Source: a virus | Lineage: Duplodnaviria > Caudoviricetes | Strand: one strand, 5' to 3' | DNA: 59,860 nucleotides | Virus record (IMG/VR): IMGVR_UViG_3300037760_000140 | Location: 1 to 59,860 of that record | Shown here: piece after piece, positions 28,328 through 37,578 of the stretch | Position numbering within the stretch: the stretch's first letter is position 1 | How the letters are laid out: each line of letters starts with the position of its first letter | Position numbers and translations under genes: made by a program | Notes under the pieces: model-generated | Told to the model about the DNA's origin: nothing | Databases searched by the model: none | What the model saw: only the letters and a program-made list of their open reading frames with translations

Positions 28328-28989
28328 CGAGGGCGGAGAGGTGGACGGCCAAGTGCCGCCATGGCCTGTGGCTGGTGGCGGCGCTGCTGTTCCTCGGCGG
28401 CGGGGTCGCGGTGGCGCTGCTGCGGATCGACGACGAGTCGGAGCGCGCCACGTCGCTGGCCGCGGAGGCTGATCTGCGTGGTGAGGCGGTCAGCCTGCTG
28501 GCCGACGACGTGCGGCTGTTGCGCTCCCAGCTGGAGTCGGTCGGGGAGACCCCGGCGGCTCCTGATCCGGACGTGGCGGTGCCGGATCTCCCTGCGCGGG
28601 AGTGGGTGCCGGTGCCTGGCCCGCGCGGGGAACCGGGTCGTGACGGGCGCCCGGGGCGCGATGGTGAGGATGGCCGCGATGGTGAGGAGTCGATGGTGCC
28701 GGGACCGCCCGGTGAGCCGGGTGCGGATGGAGCTGATTCCACGGTGCCCGGTCCTGCCGGTCCTCCCGGCGGTGAGGGCGACCGCGGTCCGTCTGGTCCC
28801 GTTGGTGAGCCTGGTGTCCGTGGCCCCGCCGGTCCGCCGCCGTCGTCGTGGTCGTGGACGCACCGCGGTGTCACCTACACCTGCACGCCTGCGGAGGAGG
28901 GCAGCACCGAGTACCGGTGCGAGCCCGATGACCCGCCGTCGGACGGGCTGCTGTCTCTGGCGCTGGACCCGGCGCGCCGGGAGTGGTGA
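28324..28989 (+). CDS. membrane-anchored collagen-like protein
   Basis: TM segment, coiled coil, Gly-X-Y repeats, C-terminal Cys pair. Confidence 0.8.
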   Translation: MTRAERWTAKCRHGLWLVAALLFLGGGVAVALLRIDDESERATSLAAEADLRGEAVSLLADDVRLLRSQLESVGETPAAPDPDVAVPDLPAREWVPVPGPRGEPGRDGRPGRDGEDGRDGEESMVPGPPGEPGADGADSTVPGPAGPPGGEGDRGPSGPVGEPGVRGPAGPPPSSWSWTHRGVTYTCTPAEEGSTEYRCEPDDPPSDGLLSLALDPARREW

Positions 28990-29027
28990 CCCGTCTGCTG
29001 CGAGTAATACCGTATTACTTCACGCGC

Positions 29028-29073
29028 AAGCGCCCCCGTCTGCCAGCCTTCGGGCCGGTGGGCGGGGGCGCTT
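29028..29073. terminator. bidirectional terminator between convergent operons
   Basis: aagcgccccc...gggggcgctt. Confidence 0.65.
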
Positions 29074-29087
29074 CGGTGTGTGCGGGG

Positions 29088-29963
29088 TCAGCGGCGCCAC
29101 ACGTTGACACGCTCCCGGGCGAGCACCGGCGCCCCGTCCGGCCCCTTCACGTGCGCGGGAATCCACTGCTTGCGCCGCTGCTCCCGGCCGGGCCCGTGGG
29201 GCTGCTGCCGCCAGTGCCCGGAGACGACCCACCGATGCCGGTAGCGGCGTCCGCCCTCGTCGCCGTCGTCGGGGTCGCGGTCCTGCGAAGCGTACTGGCG
29301 GCGCAGGTCCACGACGCTGATCTCCGGGTCAGGCAGCCCGGCGCGCGCAGCAGCTCGACGGGCCGGCCCCTTGTCCCGATCGATCGTGCGGTCCACCAGC
29401 GTGGGCTGCTCCATCAGCAGCCAGGACGCAGCGAGCGCGCGCAGCACCGTCTCGGTGCCGTCGCCGACCGGCGTGAACGGCTCCGGGTCTCCGGTGATGT
29501 CGCATGTCACGGAGATGAGCGGCACCACCGGCGGCATCTCTTCGACCACGAGTCGGTACGGGGAGTCGGGCCGGCGGCGCCGGTGCTCCTCGACGAACAC
29601 ACGGCGGCTGACGTGCATCCACACCTCCACCCCGCCCTGGTAGGGCCCCCAGGTGACGGCGTCGACCGGCACGCGGATCTCGGCGTCGATCCGGCCGACA
29701 CCGTCGGCGAACGCCATGAGCCCGCACGCGCTGGGCCGGTCGGCGGTCGCCCACCTCGCCTCGGTGAGGTCGCCGCCGGCGTGGACGGCGAGGGCGGCCA
29801 TCTCGGGTGTGGCGTAGTAGAGGCCGGCGTGTCGGTAGTGCTCGGCGAGCGCGTCGAGGCCGGGTTGGTTGTGGTCGCCTGCGCCCCGGCGGAGGGCGGA
29901 CTGGGGGTTGTCGAGGTAGCGCACCATCTGGGCGCGCCACCTTGGCAGGTCACGCGGTCTCAC
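29088..29963 (-). CDS. conserved phage hypothetical protein (291 aa)
   Basis: WVVSGHWRQQPHGPG...WIPAHVKGP C-terminus. Confidence 0.8.
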   Translation of the reverse strand: MRPRDLPRWRAQMVRYLDNPQSALRRGAGDHNQPGLDALAEHYRHAGLYYATPEMAALAVHAGGDLTEARWATADRPSACGLMAFADGVGRIDAEIRVPVDAVTWGPYQGGVEVWMHVSRRVFVEEHRRRRPDSPYRLVVEEMPPVVPLISVTCDITGDPEPFTPVGDGTETVLRALAASWLLMEQPTLVDRTIDRDKGPARRAAARAGLPDPEISVVDLRRQYASQDRDPDDGDEGGRRYRHRWVVSGHWRQQPHGPGREQRRKQWIPAHVKGPDGAPVLARERVNVWRR

Positions 29964-30892
29964 GGCTCCTCCTTATTGACAGGAAGCACGAAGACGCCGC
30001 TCGGCCGCACCTCGATCAGCCCTTCGTCCGCGAGTTGCTTCACTGCTGCGCTGATGGTTGCGCGGGCGCCGCCGCCCAGCAGTTCCCTGATGGCCCTCTG
30101 CGTCGGCAGGCGCTCCTCGCCCCTGGCCCGGTAATCGTCGACCAGGGCGCGCAGGGGTGTTTCGACCCAGGTGGAGCCCGCCTTGGCGCGAGTACGTAGT
30201 GGCCATCTCCCTGTCTCTCGGTACCGGCGCATTCGCTCCGCCAATGTCGTCCTCGCCAGGCCGAGCACTTCCGCGACACTCGCCATGTGCACTCCGCGCC
30301 GGGAAAGCTCGTCTACTAGACTCCCCAGCTCAGACCCGGTCAGCTCCTTTAGCTCTCGCGCCTCGGCATCGGTAAGTGGCCGACGGAGGGGAGGGGTTGA
30401 CAGGGGGGTGTGAACGATGCTCCGCCGATCCTGCCTGCGGCCGACCATCGCCAGTACCGCATCCTCGGCAATGGCGAAGTGCTCATCGGTCACTCTCTCG
30501 CGGTCCCTTTCCTCTCGGGTGACACGGGCGATCTTCACGGCGAGGTCGATGGCGCCACCGGTGCGGGCAAGTGCCGCAAGGTAGTCGGCCAGGCGCGCCG
30601 CGCGCTGAACGTGCAGGTCGTACCCGTCGAGGGCGGCGCGCAATTCGCCGTCCCACGCGGCGCACGTGGTGAGGCTGTGCGAGGTCACCCCGGCGACCTC
30701 AGCCGCAGCCTCTGGCCGCGCGCCGGCCCGCAGCGCGGCCAGGGCCGCATCCACCTGCTCACCGCTCAGGCCACGGTAGCGGCGGGTATCCTCGTTGTGC
30801 GCGACGCGGCAGCGTGGGCAGCGCCCGCCCGCACGCCACCCGGACGCCGTCCCGCAGGAGGCGCCACCCTCCTTGCAGCGCTTCGCGGTCAC
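29960..30892 (-). CDS. multi-HTH protein with N-terminal Cys motif and C-terminal GntR-like HTH
   Basis: CGTASGW..GGRCPRC; RLPTQRAIRELLG.ARATISAAVKQLADEGLIE; GTGA coupling. Confidence 0.7.
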   Translation of the reverse strand: MTAKRCKEGGASCGTASGWRAGGRCPRCRVAHNEDTRRYRGLSGEQVDAALAALRAGARPEAAAEVAGVTSHSLTTCAAWDGELRAALDGYDLHVQRAARLADYLAALARTGGAIDLAVKIARVTREERDRERVTDEHFAIAEDAVLAMVGRRQDRRSIVHTPLSTPPLRRPLTDAEARELKELTGSELGSLVDELSRRGVHMASVAEVLGLARTTLAERMRRYRETGRWPLRTRAKAGSTWVETPLRALVDDYRARGEERLPTQRAIRELLGGGARATISAAVKQLADEGLIEVRPSGVFVLPVNKEEP

Positions 30893-31554
30893 GACGCCTC
30901 CGGGGTGTTGCCGTAGACGATGCGGGCGCCGGTCACCTCGGCTGCGGCGCGGGCTGCGATGCGGCGCTGCCACTGGGCGGTGCGCTCCCCGCCGGCCGCG
31001 CGGTGCTCCTCGTCGTCGCGGTGCGCGATGATGACCGGCCGGTCCTGGTCGATCACCTCGACCAGCTCCTTCACGGCGGCGTCCGCCTCGGCGCGCAGGT
31101 CGTCGATGGTCTCGGCGGCCCAGGCGGGGATGCGGTCGCGGCCCTGCTCCCAGGAGCGGATGGTGCGGGGGTTGACCTCGGCGACGGCAGCGAACACCTC
31201 CAGGGTCAGCCCCAGGTGTTCGCGGCCGGCCCGTAGTTCGGCCGGCGTCAGCGGCTCGATGCGCTCGACCGGCACGGTGCACCCGGTGTCGACCGCCTCC
31301 CAGTCGCCGATGAGGCGCCAGCCGGCCGCGTCCAGGGCCTGTTCGGCCTGCTCGATGGCGGCCTCGTCGGTGTCGTCGTCGTGCCGGGCGTCGAGGACGA
31401 CCCGCAGGTGGGGGTCACCGAAGGAGGAGCGGGCGCGCAGGTCGTCGGGGTCGTCGCCCAGCAGCTCGTCTTCCAGGATGACGACGTCGCAGTGGTTGTC
31501 GTCCAGGACGCTGGGGTCGGTGCTCAGCCAGGCGGTGAAGTAGCGTGCGGTCAT
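30889..31554 (-). CDS. acidic domain fused to Aca2/YdiL-like HTH
   Basis: LTPAELRAGREHLGLT...VNPRTIRSWEQGRDRIP; RBS aaggag. Confidence 0.75.
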   Translation of the reverse strand: MTARYFTAWLSTDPSVLDDNHCDVVILEDELLGDDPDDLRARSSFGDPHLRVVLDARHDDDTDEAAIEQAEQALDAAGWRLIGDWEAVDTGCTVPVERIEPLTPAELRAGREHLGLTLEVFAAVAEVNPRTIRSWEQGRDRIPAWAAETIDDLRAEADAAVKELVEVIDQDRPVIIAHRDDEEHRAAGGERTAQWQRRIAARAAAEVTGARIVYGNTPEAS

Positions 31555-31589
31555 GATGGAGACTCCTTATGTGCAGGTGGGAGGGGTTG

Positions 31590-32111
31590 TCAGAGGGCGG
31601 CGCGAGCGGCGGCCTTGAGGCCGGTGAACACCAGGCCGAGGAGGTCGAGGGTGGTGCGCTCGCCGTCCTTGTAGCGGATGTCCAGGGCGCGGGCGCCGTG
31701 GTGGGCGGCGTAGAGCTTGCCGTCGGCGACGTCGAACCAGACCTTGTCGATGGAGCCGATGACGGCGCCGGCGCGGCCGTTGGCGACCTGCCGGCCGTCG
31801 ATGGCGAACCAGGCGACGTTGCCGGTCTTGTAGTGACCGATCTCGATGCCGGCGAAGTCGGCCCAGTTGTTGATGTACACGCGGTCGTGGCCGGCTTTGG
31901 CCCAGCGGCGCCCGCCGATGGCCTGGAACATCTCGGCGGTGAGCGGCTTGGGGGTGGCGGGCTTGTCGAGGCTGATGCGGTACTCCAGGCTGGCCAGGTC
32001 GATGACCCACTGGCCGGCCTGCTTGGTGGCTCCGATGACGCCCTTGCGGCACCAGGTGCGGATGGTGGCGACGGTGCGGCGGGCCTTGGTGGCGGCGAGG
32101 GTGGTGTTCAT
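31590..32111 (-). CDS. protein with N-terminal MerR/Xis-like HTH
   Basis: RTVATIRTWCRKGVIGATK; WAKAGHDRVYIN domain. Confidence 0.75.
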   Translation of the reverse strand: MNTTLAATKARRTVATIRTWCRKGVIGATKQAGQWVIDLASLEYRISLDKPATPKPLTAEMFQAIGGRRWAKAGHDRVYINNWADFAGIEIGHYKTGNVAWFAIDGRQVANGRAGAVIGSIDKVWFDVADGKLYAAHHGARALDIRYKDGERTTLDLLGLVFTGLKAAARAAL

Positions 32112-32172
32112 CTGGTGCTCCCGAGTCACTTACGGGGTGGCCTGGGGCTGTTCCCCTGACCTTGTAACCACA

Positions 32173-32201
32173 AGGATACACCCTAATTTAGGGTGCGTCA
32201 A
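32173..32201 (-). promoter_or_regulatory. promoter TTGACG-N17-TATCCT with palindromic operator CACCCTAA-N-TTAGGGTG as the spacer
   Basis: Read directly. Confidence 0.8.
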
Positions 32202-32622
32202 CCCCCCACCGGAACCCCCTGCACCCCCACCACCCACGCTCCGGTCATCGCGAATGACGGAAAGCTGATAGGCTCCTGCCTGTCTTGGCTATGCAATGAC
32301 GAGACTCATGCCGGACCCGTCCTTCTTGCTCCAACAAGGAGGAGCACACGGGTCCGGCACTTTTCGTTCATCTCCCCTGCCATCCACTTCCTGCTGCCGA
32401 CCCGCGCGACCAGGCGCCGGATCGCCAGGTTGGCGGCATCCGGGCATGGCGGGGCGGGCGCGGGTGGAGTGGGCATGCGACCAGAGTACGGCCACGGTCT
32501 GACAACCCGGCAGCACAACGGCCCCACCTCCGTAGAGGTGGGGCCGTCTGGTGTTCCCCGGCCGTACTCCGGGGGTACCGTCGCTGGTGTCGAGTCAGCA
32601 CCGGACCAACGGGAGCATAGCA

Positions 32623-33789
32623 ATGCCCAGTGACACCACGGGAGACCGTCTGCGCGAAGCACGGAAGCGCGCCGACCTGACCCAGCGTGAACTCGCTACC
32701 GCCGCAGGCGTCTCCGTCGCCACCATCCGGAAACTGGAACAGGGCGCCCACCGGGACGCCAGGCTGGAGACAGCGCGAGCCCTCGCCGCCGTCCTCCGCA
32801 TCCCCACCACGGCTCTCGTCGGCGGCGACGCTGACCGCGAGCTCGCCGACGTGGAGACGACCGACCAATGGGCCGCGGTCCGCCGCGCACTGGACGCCCC
32901 GGCCGTGGACTCTGCCGGAGAGCCGCCGACCACGGGCGGCGTGTCCGCCGCGCTGCGGGCAGCCCGGCACTTGCAGGACGGCAGCGAGTACGAGCAGCTG
33001 GCCGGCCTGCTGCCGGCCCTGCTGCGGGACGCCGACGCGCTGCCCGCCGACGCGAAGGGCCGCCGGGTGCGAGTCCAGGTGCAGCAACTCGCCGCGTGGA
33101 TGCTGACGCAGACCCGACAGTGGGACGCGGCCGGGCTGGCTCTGGATCGGGCCGAGGCGGAAGCGCAGGACCGGCTGACGGTCGCGGCGGTGACGAGCGG
33201 CCGCTGCTGGCTGCTGCTCAGGCAGGGACGACTGGAGGAGACGCGGACACTGGCGGCCCGGTGGGCGGATGAGTTGGAGCCGCGGTGGTCGCGGGCGACA
33301 CCGGACGAACTGGCGGCGTGGGGCTGGATGCTGATCCGCCTGGCCGCCGCCGCGGTGCGGGACAACCGGCAGGCAGAGGCGGAGGACGCGCTGCGGCTGG
33401 CCCGGTCGGCGGCGGTCGCCCTCGGCCGGGAGCATGCCGCGGCCGCCGACTACCCGCGGGTCTTCGGGCCGGGGAAGATCACCCGGCAGCGACTGGAGCA
33501 CCACGCGGTGGTCCGGCAGCCGGATCGGGTGCTGAAGTTGGCGGCCGGCATGCCGCTGGTGGCCACGACGCGGACGCGGCGGAGTCTGCTCGACGTGGCG
33601 GACGCGCATGTCAGGACGCGGGGGTACGCCGAAGCGGAGGGCATCCTGTTGCGCCTGCACGAGGCGACGCCAGAGTGGTTGGCGCAGCAGCGGTACGCGC
33701 GGGACATCGTGGGCGCGATGACGCGACGGCGCAGGCGGTTGTCGCCTGGGCTGCGGGCCCTCGTTGGCGCGGTGAAGCTCCCGCTGTGA
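32623..33789 (+). CDS. XRE HTH regulator with long helical (TPR-like) C-terminal domain
   Basis: GDRLREARKRADLTQRELATAAGVSVATIRKLEQG. Confidence 0.85.
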   Translation: MPSDTTGDRLREARKRADLTQRELATAAGVSVATIRKLEQGAHRDARLETARALAAVLRIPTTALVGGDADRELADVETTDQWAAVRRALDAPAVDSAGEPPTTGGVSAALRAARHLQDGSEYEQLAGLLPALLRDADALPADAKGRRVRVQVQQLAAWMLTQTRQWDAAGLALDRAEAEAQDRLTVAAVTSGRCWLLLRQGRLEETRTLAARWADELEPRWSRATPDELAAWGWMLIRLAAAAVRDNRQAEAEDALRLARSAAVALGREHAAAADYPRVFGPGKITRQRLEHHAVVRQPDRVLKLAAGMPLVATTRTRRSLLDVADAHVRTRGYAEAEGILLRLHEATPEWLAQQRYARDIVGAMTRRRRRLSPGLRALVGAVKLPL

Positions 33790-33918
33790 GTGCACGGGCG
33801 TTGTAGCACTTCGGGCTGACGCTGCCTCAGAGTGCTACCGCCCAGGCGTTGAGCCCGACCCGGGGCCCCCATAGCGTCAGTTGCGGACGTTCCGTACACG
33901 TCTCGTAACTGGAGCTAC

Positions 33919-34117
33919 GATGCAACGCACCCCCCAGCAACGCGCCCACCGCGCCGCCCTCGCGGACGCGGCGGACGGCCGCGGCCACGACCAGGACCCG
34001 CCGGACCTGCTGCTCAACACCCCGCTGCGGCCCTGCATCCCGTGCCCGCAGTGCCGGACCGAGGTCGAGCAGGGCATGGCCCACATCTGCACCGGCCGCC
34101 CGGAGGCTGCCCGGTGA
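33919..34117 (+). CDS. small Cys-containing protein
   Basis: RBS ggag; CPQC...HIC. Confidence 0.5.
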
Positions 34118-34344
34118 CCCGCCTGGACCCCGAGGCGACGATCGTCGCCGTGACCGCCCGCACGATCCGGGTCCGGGACGTCATCCTGATCGGCGGCCAG
34201 CCCCGCCGCGTGGTGACGATGCGGGCGGTGCACGGCGGGACGCAGCTGCGCCTGGACACCGGGGAGCTGCTGGTCCTGGCGCTGCGGCAGGAGTACACCG
34301 TGACGCGCGTCGAGCGCCCCCAAGCCTGGCAGGGCCGCCGGTGA
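34114..34344 (+). CDS. hypothetical protein
   Basis: GTGA coupling at both ends. Confidence 0.55.
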   Translation: MTRLDPEATIVAVTARTIRVRDVILIGGQPRRVVTMRAVHGGTQLRLDTGELLVLALRQEYTVTRVERPQAWQGRR

Positions 34345-34595
34345 CCGCCCCGCACGCCGTCGCCGAGGTGTCGCTGATGTGCCAGGCGGCGGCCGACGGC
34401 GGCCCGTGGGAGCACCTGCACCAGGAGTGTCCCGGCCCGGCGACGATCACCGTCCCGGACCGCGGCCCGGTGCAGATCGCCTGCGACTGCGAGTGCCACG
34501 AGGAGGAGCCGCATCCGGTGATCCGCGGCACGGCCGGGGCCCTGGCTCTACCAGCTGCATCGCTGCTGCTCGCGCTCCTGGCCGCCGCCCGGTGA
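34341..34595 (+). CDS. hypothetical Cys/His protein
   Basis: CDCECH; GTGA coupling. Confidence 0.5.
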   Translation: MTAPHAVAEVSLMCQAAADGGPWEHLHQECPGPATITVPDRGPVQIACDCECHEEEPHPVIRGTAGALALPAASLLLALLAAAR

Positions 34596-34848
34596 CCAGC
34601 CGCAGCACCGCTGTACGGCCTGGCCCGACGCGCCGGCACCTGACCCGCCCCCTGCCCGGGGAGGCACGTGCCCCCGGGCAGGGGGCACCCACCACACGCC
34701 AGGAGGACACCGATGGGCACCAATGATCGCTACTGCGGGACATGCGGCGGGGAGACCACCGACCTCGGTACCGGCCAGCGGATGTGCACCCGGCCGGGCT
34801 GCCCCGGGGCGGTCGCCGGCGGGTGCGGCGAGATCGCGGGGTGGGCGG

Positions 34849-35094
34849 TCAGTCCGCCAGGCGCTCCGGCAGGAGGCTGGCCGGCGGGACGTCGAGGGCG
34901 TCCGCGAGGTCGAGCAGGTGGTCGAGGATCGGGCTCATCGTGCCAGTCTCAATGCGGCTGATCGTCTTGCCGTCGAGTCCGGCCAGTGCGGCGAGTCGAT
35001 CCTGCGTGAGGTTGCGGTGCAACCGTGCGGAGCGGAGCAGGTGCCCGACCTGGAGGCGCCGGCGGAGTACGTGGTCGGGCAGGGGCTGGTGCAC
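34849..35094 (-). CDS. XRE HTH regulator
   Basis: LRSARLHRNLTQDRLAALAGLDGKTISRIETG. Confidence 0.8.
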   Translation of the reverse strand: MHQPLPDHVLRRRLQVGHLLRSARLHRNLTQDRLAALAGLDGKTISRIETGTMSPILDHLLDLADALDVPPASLLPERLAD

Positions 35095-35322
35095 CCGTCC
35101 ACGCTGGAATGATCATGGGTGGATGTCTTTACCGTTGACGGTAAGGTTTTTGATCATGAAGCCCGGGTACGTGCCCTAGACACCCAGTGGCGTGCCCCCA
35201 TAGACGGGGCGTCGGCGACCAGCCCCCCAGGCTCCGCCGGCGCCCCTCCGTCATTCCATGACCCGAAACCCTCGGCCGAGCATCGGCCGAGCAGATGATC
35301 CCTGACCGTCCATCAGCCACAC

Positions 35323-35366
35323 AGAAGCGCCCTACCCGCATCTTCCGGTGCAGGTAGGGCGCTTCT
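35323..35366 (-). terminator. 14-bp stem terminator downstream of tRNA 3' half
   Basis: agaagcgccctacc...ggtagggcgcttct. Confidence 0.75.
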
Positions 35367-35381
35367 CGTCTTGGGGCGCTG

Positions 35382-35427
35382 GGTGGGGCGGGTGGGACTC
35401 GAACCCACGGCCGACGGATTATGAGTC
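35382..35427 (-). tRNA. 3' half of tRNA(CAT), Met/Ile2 type = attP core; not a complete tRNA
   Basis: Minus strand reads GACTCATAATC...GTGGGTTCGAGTCCCAC CCGCCCCACC; no D arm or 5' acceptor strand. Confidence 0.85.
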
Positions 35428-35598
35428 TGCGGCACCGCAGTATTGCCCGGTATTGACCGGTACCGCCCAGTGTTATTCAGTACCGGATTCTCCGGGAAAC
35501 GCCAGGTCAGTGCCGTCCCATCATCCTGTCCGGTACTGAATTTTCCGCCACGATGGCGTTCCGTCCAGACCTTCCGGCCGAGCATTGGCCGAGCAGAA

Positions 35599-35628
35599 AG
35601 CCCCTCCCAGTGCTGGCGGGAGGGGCTC
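35599..35628 (-). terminator. integrase terminator hairpin
   Basis: agcccctccc...gggaggggct; T run on the minus strand. Confidence 0.6.
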
Positions 35629-35644
35629 AACGTCTGCGCCCAGT

Positions 35645-37189
35645 CTACGCCTTCGCCGCCGACGAGTCACCCCTCCGCGCCCGGGGGACCGCAGCGGCGG
35701 CCCGCTCGGCTACCTCCAGGTCCACCTCCTTCAGCAGCGAGGTGTAGGTGTCGGACGCCAGCTTGATCGTGGACTGCCGCAGCACCTCCTTGATGGTGTG
35801 CAGGTCGCCACCGCCGCGGTGGATCAGCGTGGCGGCGCAGTGCCGCAGATCCCGGAGGTTGATCGGCGGCAGGCCCGCCTCAGAGATGAGCTGGCGGAAC
35901 GCGTCGCTGACCGTCTCGGGGTGCAGCCACCCGCCGGTCGGCGTGGTGAACACCTTCCCCGTCTCCGTCCACGCCTCGCCGGCCGCCTCCTTCTCCGCCG
36001 CCTGCCGTTCGCGGTGCTCGCGCAGCACCTGGACGTTGAGAGAGTCCAGGCCGATCGTGCCGGCGCTGCCGTCGGTCTTCGGCGTGTCCTCCACCGGCGT
36101 CCAGCCATCCACCACGATCTCCCGCGCCACCGTGAGGGACTGCGCATCGAGGTCCACGTTCACCCAGTCCTGCCCGACGGCCTCACCGCGGCGCAGGCCG
36201 CGGAACGCCACCAGGTGGAACAGGGCGTAGAGGCGGTGCTCCTCGGCGGCGTCCAGGAACGCGCCGATCTGGGGCGGCGTCCACACCATCACCGCCGACG
36301 GCCTCTCGCCTGTCTGCCGCCATCGCACCACGTGCTCGGTCGTCCACAGCATCGCCTTCGGGCGCTTACCCGAGGCCAGCTCAACGTGCGCGGCCGGGTT
36401 GAACGTGATCATCTGTCGGGCGATCGCGGCGTTCAGCGCGGTCCGGAGCGTCGCCCGGATGCGCTGCTTCGTCGCCGGGCCAGTGGGGCGCCGGTAGGGC
36501 GGCATCGCTTTCAGCTTCGCCCGCTCGGCGGCCAGCCGTTCCCGCTCGTGCGCGGGCGGCCGGGACCGGTGCCCCCACGTCGCGCGGGCCTGCTGCTCGC
36601 GCCGCGCCGCGTTCTCCGCCTCGATCACCTCGTTGGCGTCGTCGATCGCATCGAACATCGCCTGCACCTGGCCGACCCCGAGCCGGTCGAGCCGGTGATG
36701 CCCGAGCGCCGGCTTCAGGTGGACGCGGATGTGGGAGAGGTAGCCGGTCGTCGTCTTCTTCTTCGTCTTCTTCGACGCTGCCCAGGTGTCCAGCCAGTCC
36801 CCGACCAGCGTGGTCCCGTCTAGCGGGACGCCCACGCCGAGGCGGCGCATCACATCGGCCGACTCCGGGATCGGCTCACGGGCGGCCATGAGTCCGACGA
36901 GGAGATCGCCGACCCGGCATCGCTCGCTGTCGTCGGTGGGCAGCTCCAGTATCGCCCGGATGTGGCCGAGGTCGGTCTCCGCCGCGGTCTTGTCGGCGTA
37001 CCCGGTGCGTCTGAAGCGGCGGCGCTTGCCCGCGGCGTCGTCCGGCAGCTCCTGGTGGATCTCGTAGCGGCCGTGCTTCCGCCGCTTCAGGTCGGGGCAC
37101 TGGGCACCCAGGCGTTTGCCGTCCTCGCCGCGGCACTCGCAGCGCCGGGTGATGCCGCCCCCACGGCGCGCCCCGGCCATCAGCCACAC
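35645..37189 (-). CDS. int: tyrosine integrase
   Basis: GLRRGEA, LRDLRH, DTYT; start may be slightly downstream (MAGARR). Confidence 0.93.
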   Translation of the reverse strand: MWLMAGARRGGGITRRCECRGEDGKRLGAQCPDLKRRKHGRYEIHQELPDDAAGKRRRFRRTGYADKTAAETDLGHIRAILELPTDDSERCRVGDLLVGLMAAREPIPESADVMRRLGVGVPLDGTTLVGDWLDTWAASKKTKKKTTTGYLSHIRVHLKPALGHHRLDRLGVGQVQAMFDAIDDANEVIEAENAARREQQARATWGHRSRPPAHERERLAAERAKLKAMPPYRRPTGPATKQRIRATLRTALNAAIARQMITFNPAAHVELASGKRPKAMLWTTEHVVRWRQTGERPSAVMVWTPPQIGAFLDAAEEHRLYALFHLVAFRGLRRGEAVGQDWVNVDLDAQSLTVAREIVVDGWTPVEDTPKTDGSAGTIGLDSLNVQVLREHRERQAAEKEAAGEAWTETGKVFTTPTGGWLHPETVSDAFRQLISEAGLPPINLRDLRHCAATLIHRGGGDLHTIKEVLRQSTIKLASDTYTSLLKEVDLEVAERAAAAVPRARRGDSSAAKA

Positions 37190-37407
37190 CTCCGCCAGAT
37201 GCCATGGCGGGTCATGTGCTCTAGATGGTGGTTGAGGGCCAGTACGAGCTCGGGCGTCATGTGGCGGGGATGCACTGCCAGAACGGTCTCCGTGGGGGTA
37301 TCGATCGGCACCACAATCTCTCCGGCCGGGAGGTCGTCCCGCAGTTCGTAACGTGCGCCGATCGGCTCGTGCGGCTCTTCCGGGTGGTCGTCTCGCTGGT
37401 CACGCAT
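37180..37407 (-). CDS. small protein upstream of integrase
   Basis: Overlaps int start; protein-like composition. Confidence 0.6.
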   Translation of the reverse strand: MRDQRDDHPEEPHEPIGARYELRDDLPAGEIVVPIDTPTETVLAVHPRHMTPELVLALNHHLEHMTRHGIWRRCG

Positions 37408-37431
37408 GATGCCCCCAGGCAGCTATACCGG

Positions 37432-37447
37432 TGGAACACATGTTCGA
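37432..37447. promoter_or_regulatory. actinobacterial LexA (SOS) box tggaacacatgttcga
   Basis: One mismatch to TCGAAC-N4-GTTCGA. Confidence 0.7.
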
Positions 37448-37578
37448 TTCATGAGCGCAGACATGCCGCGCCCACGTGATCGAGTACGCCCCCCAGGCGA
37501 AGGAACATGGTCGCATCTTGACCGAAAATTCACCACGCTCCGACCATAAGTACTACTGCGGGTGAATCTGACCCGCCG

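Larger units (their letters stand above)
35272..35595. other. attP: attP with paired arm-type repeats (YYGGCCGAGCA x2 at 35272-35293 and x2 at 35574-35595)
   Basis: Tandem 11-mers on both sides of the tRNA-derived core, next to the integrase. Confidence 0.8.

Noticed and set aside
28615-28840. Tandem DNA repeats as a cis element
   Set aside because: Explained by collagen Gly-X-Y coding
32306-32477. Small leftward ORF (MPTPPAPAPP...) divergent from the XRE gene
   Set aside because: Plausible but weak RBS and atypical 3' codons; not supportable without homology search
35382-35460. Complete phage tRNA gene
   Set aside because: Only anticodon arm to 3' end is present; upstream sequence is the phased repeat, so this is an att core
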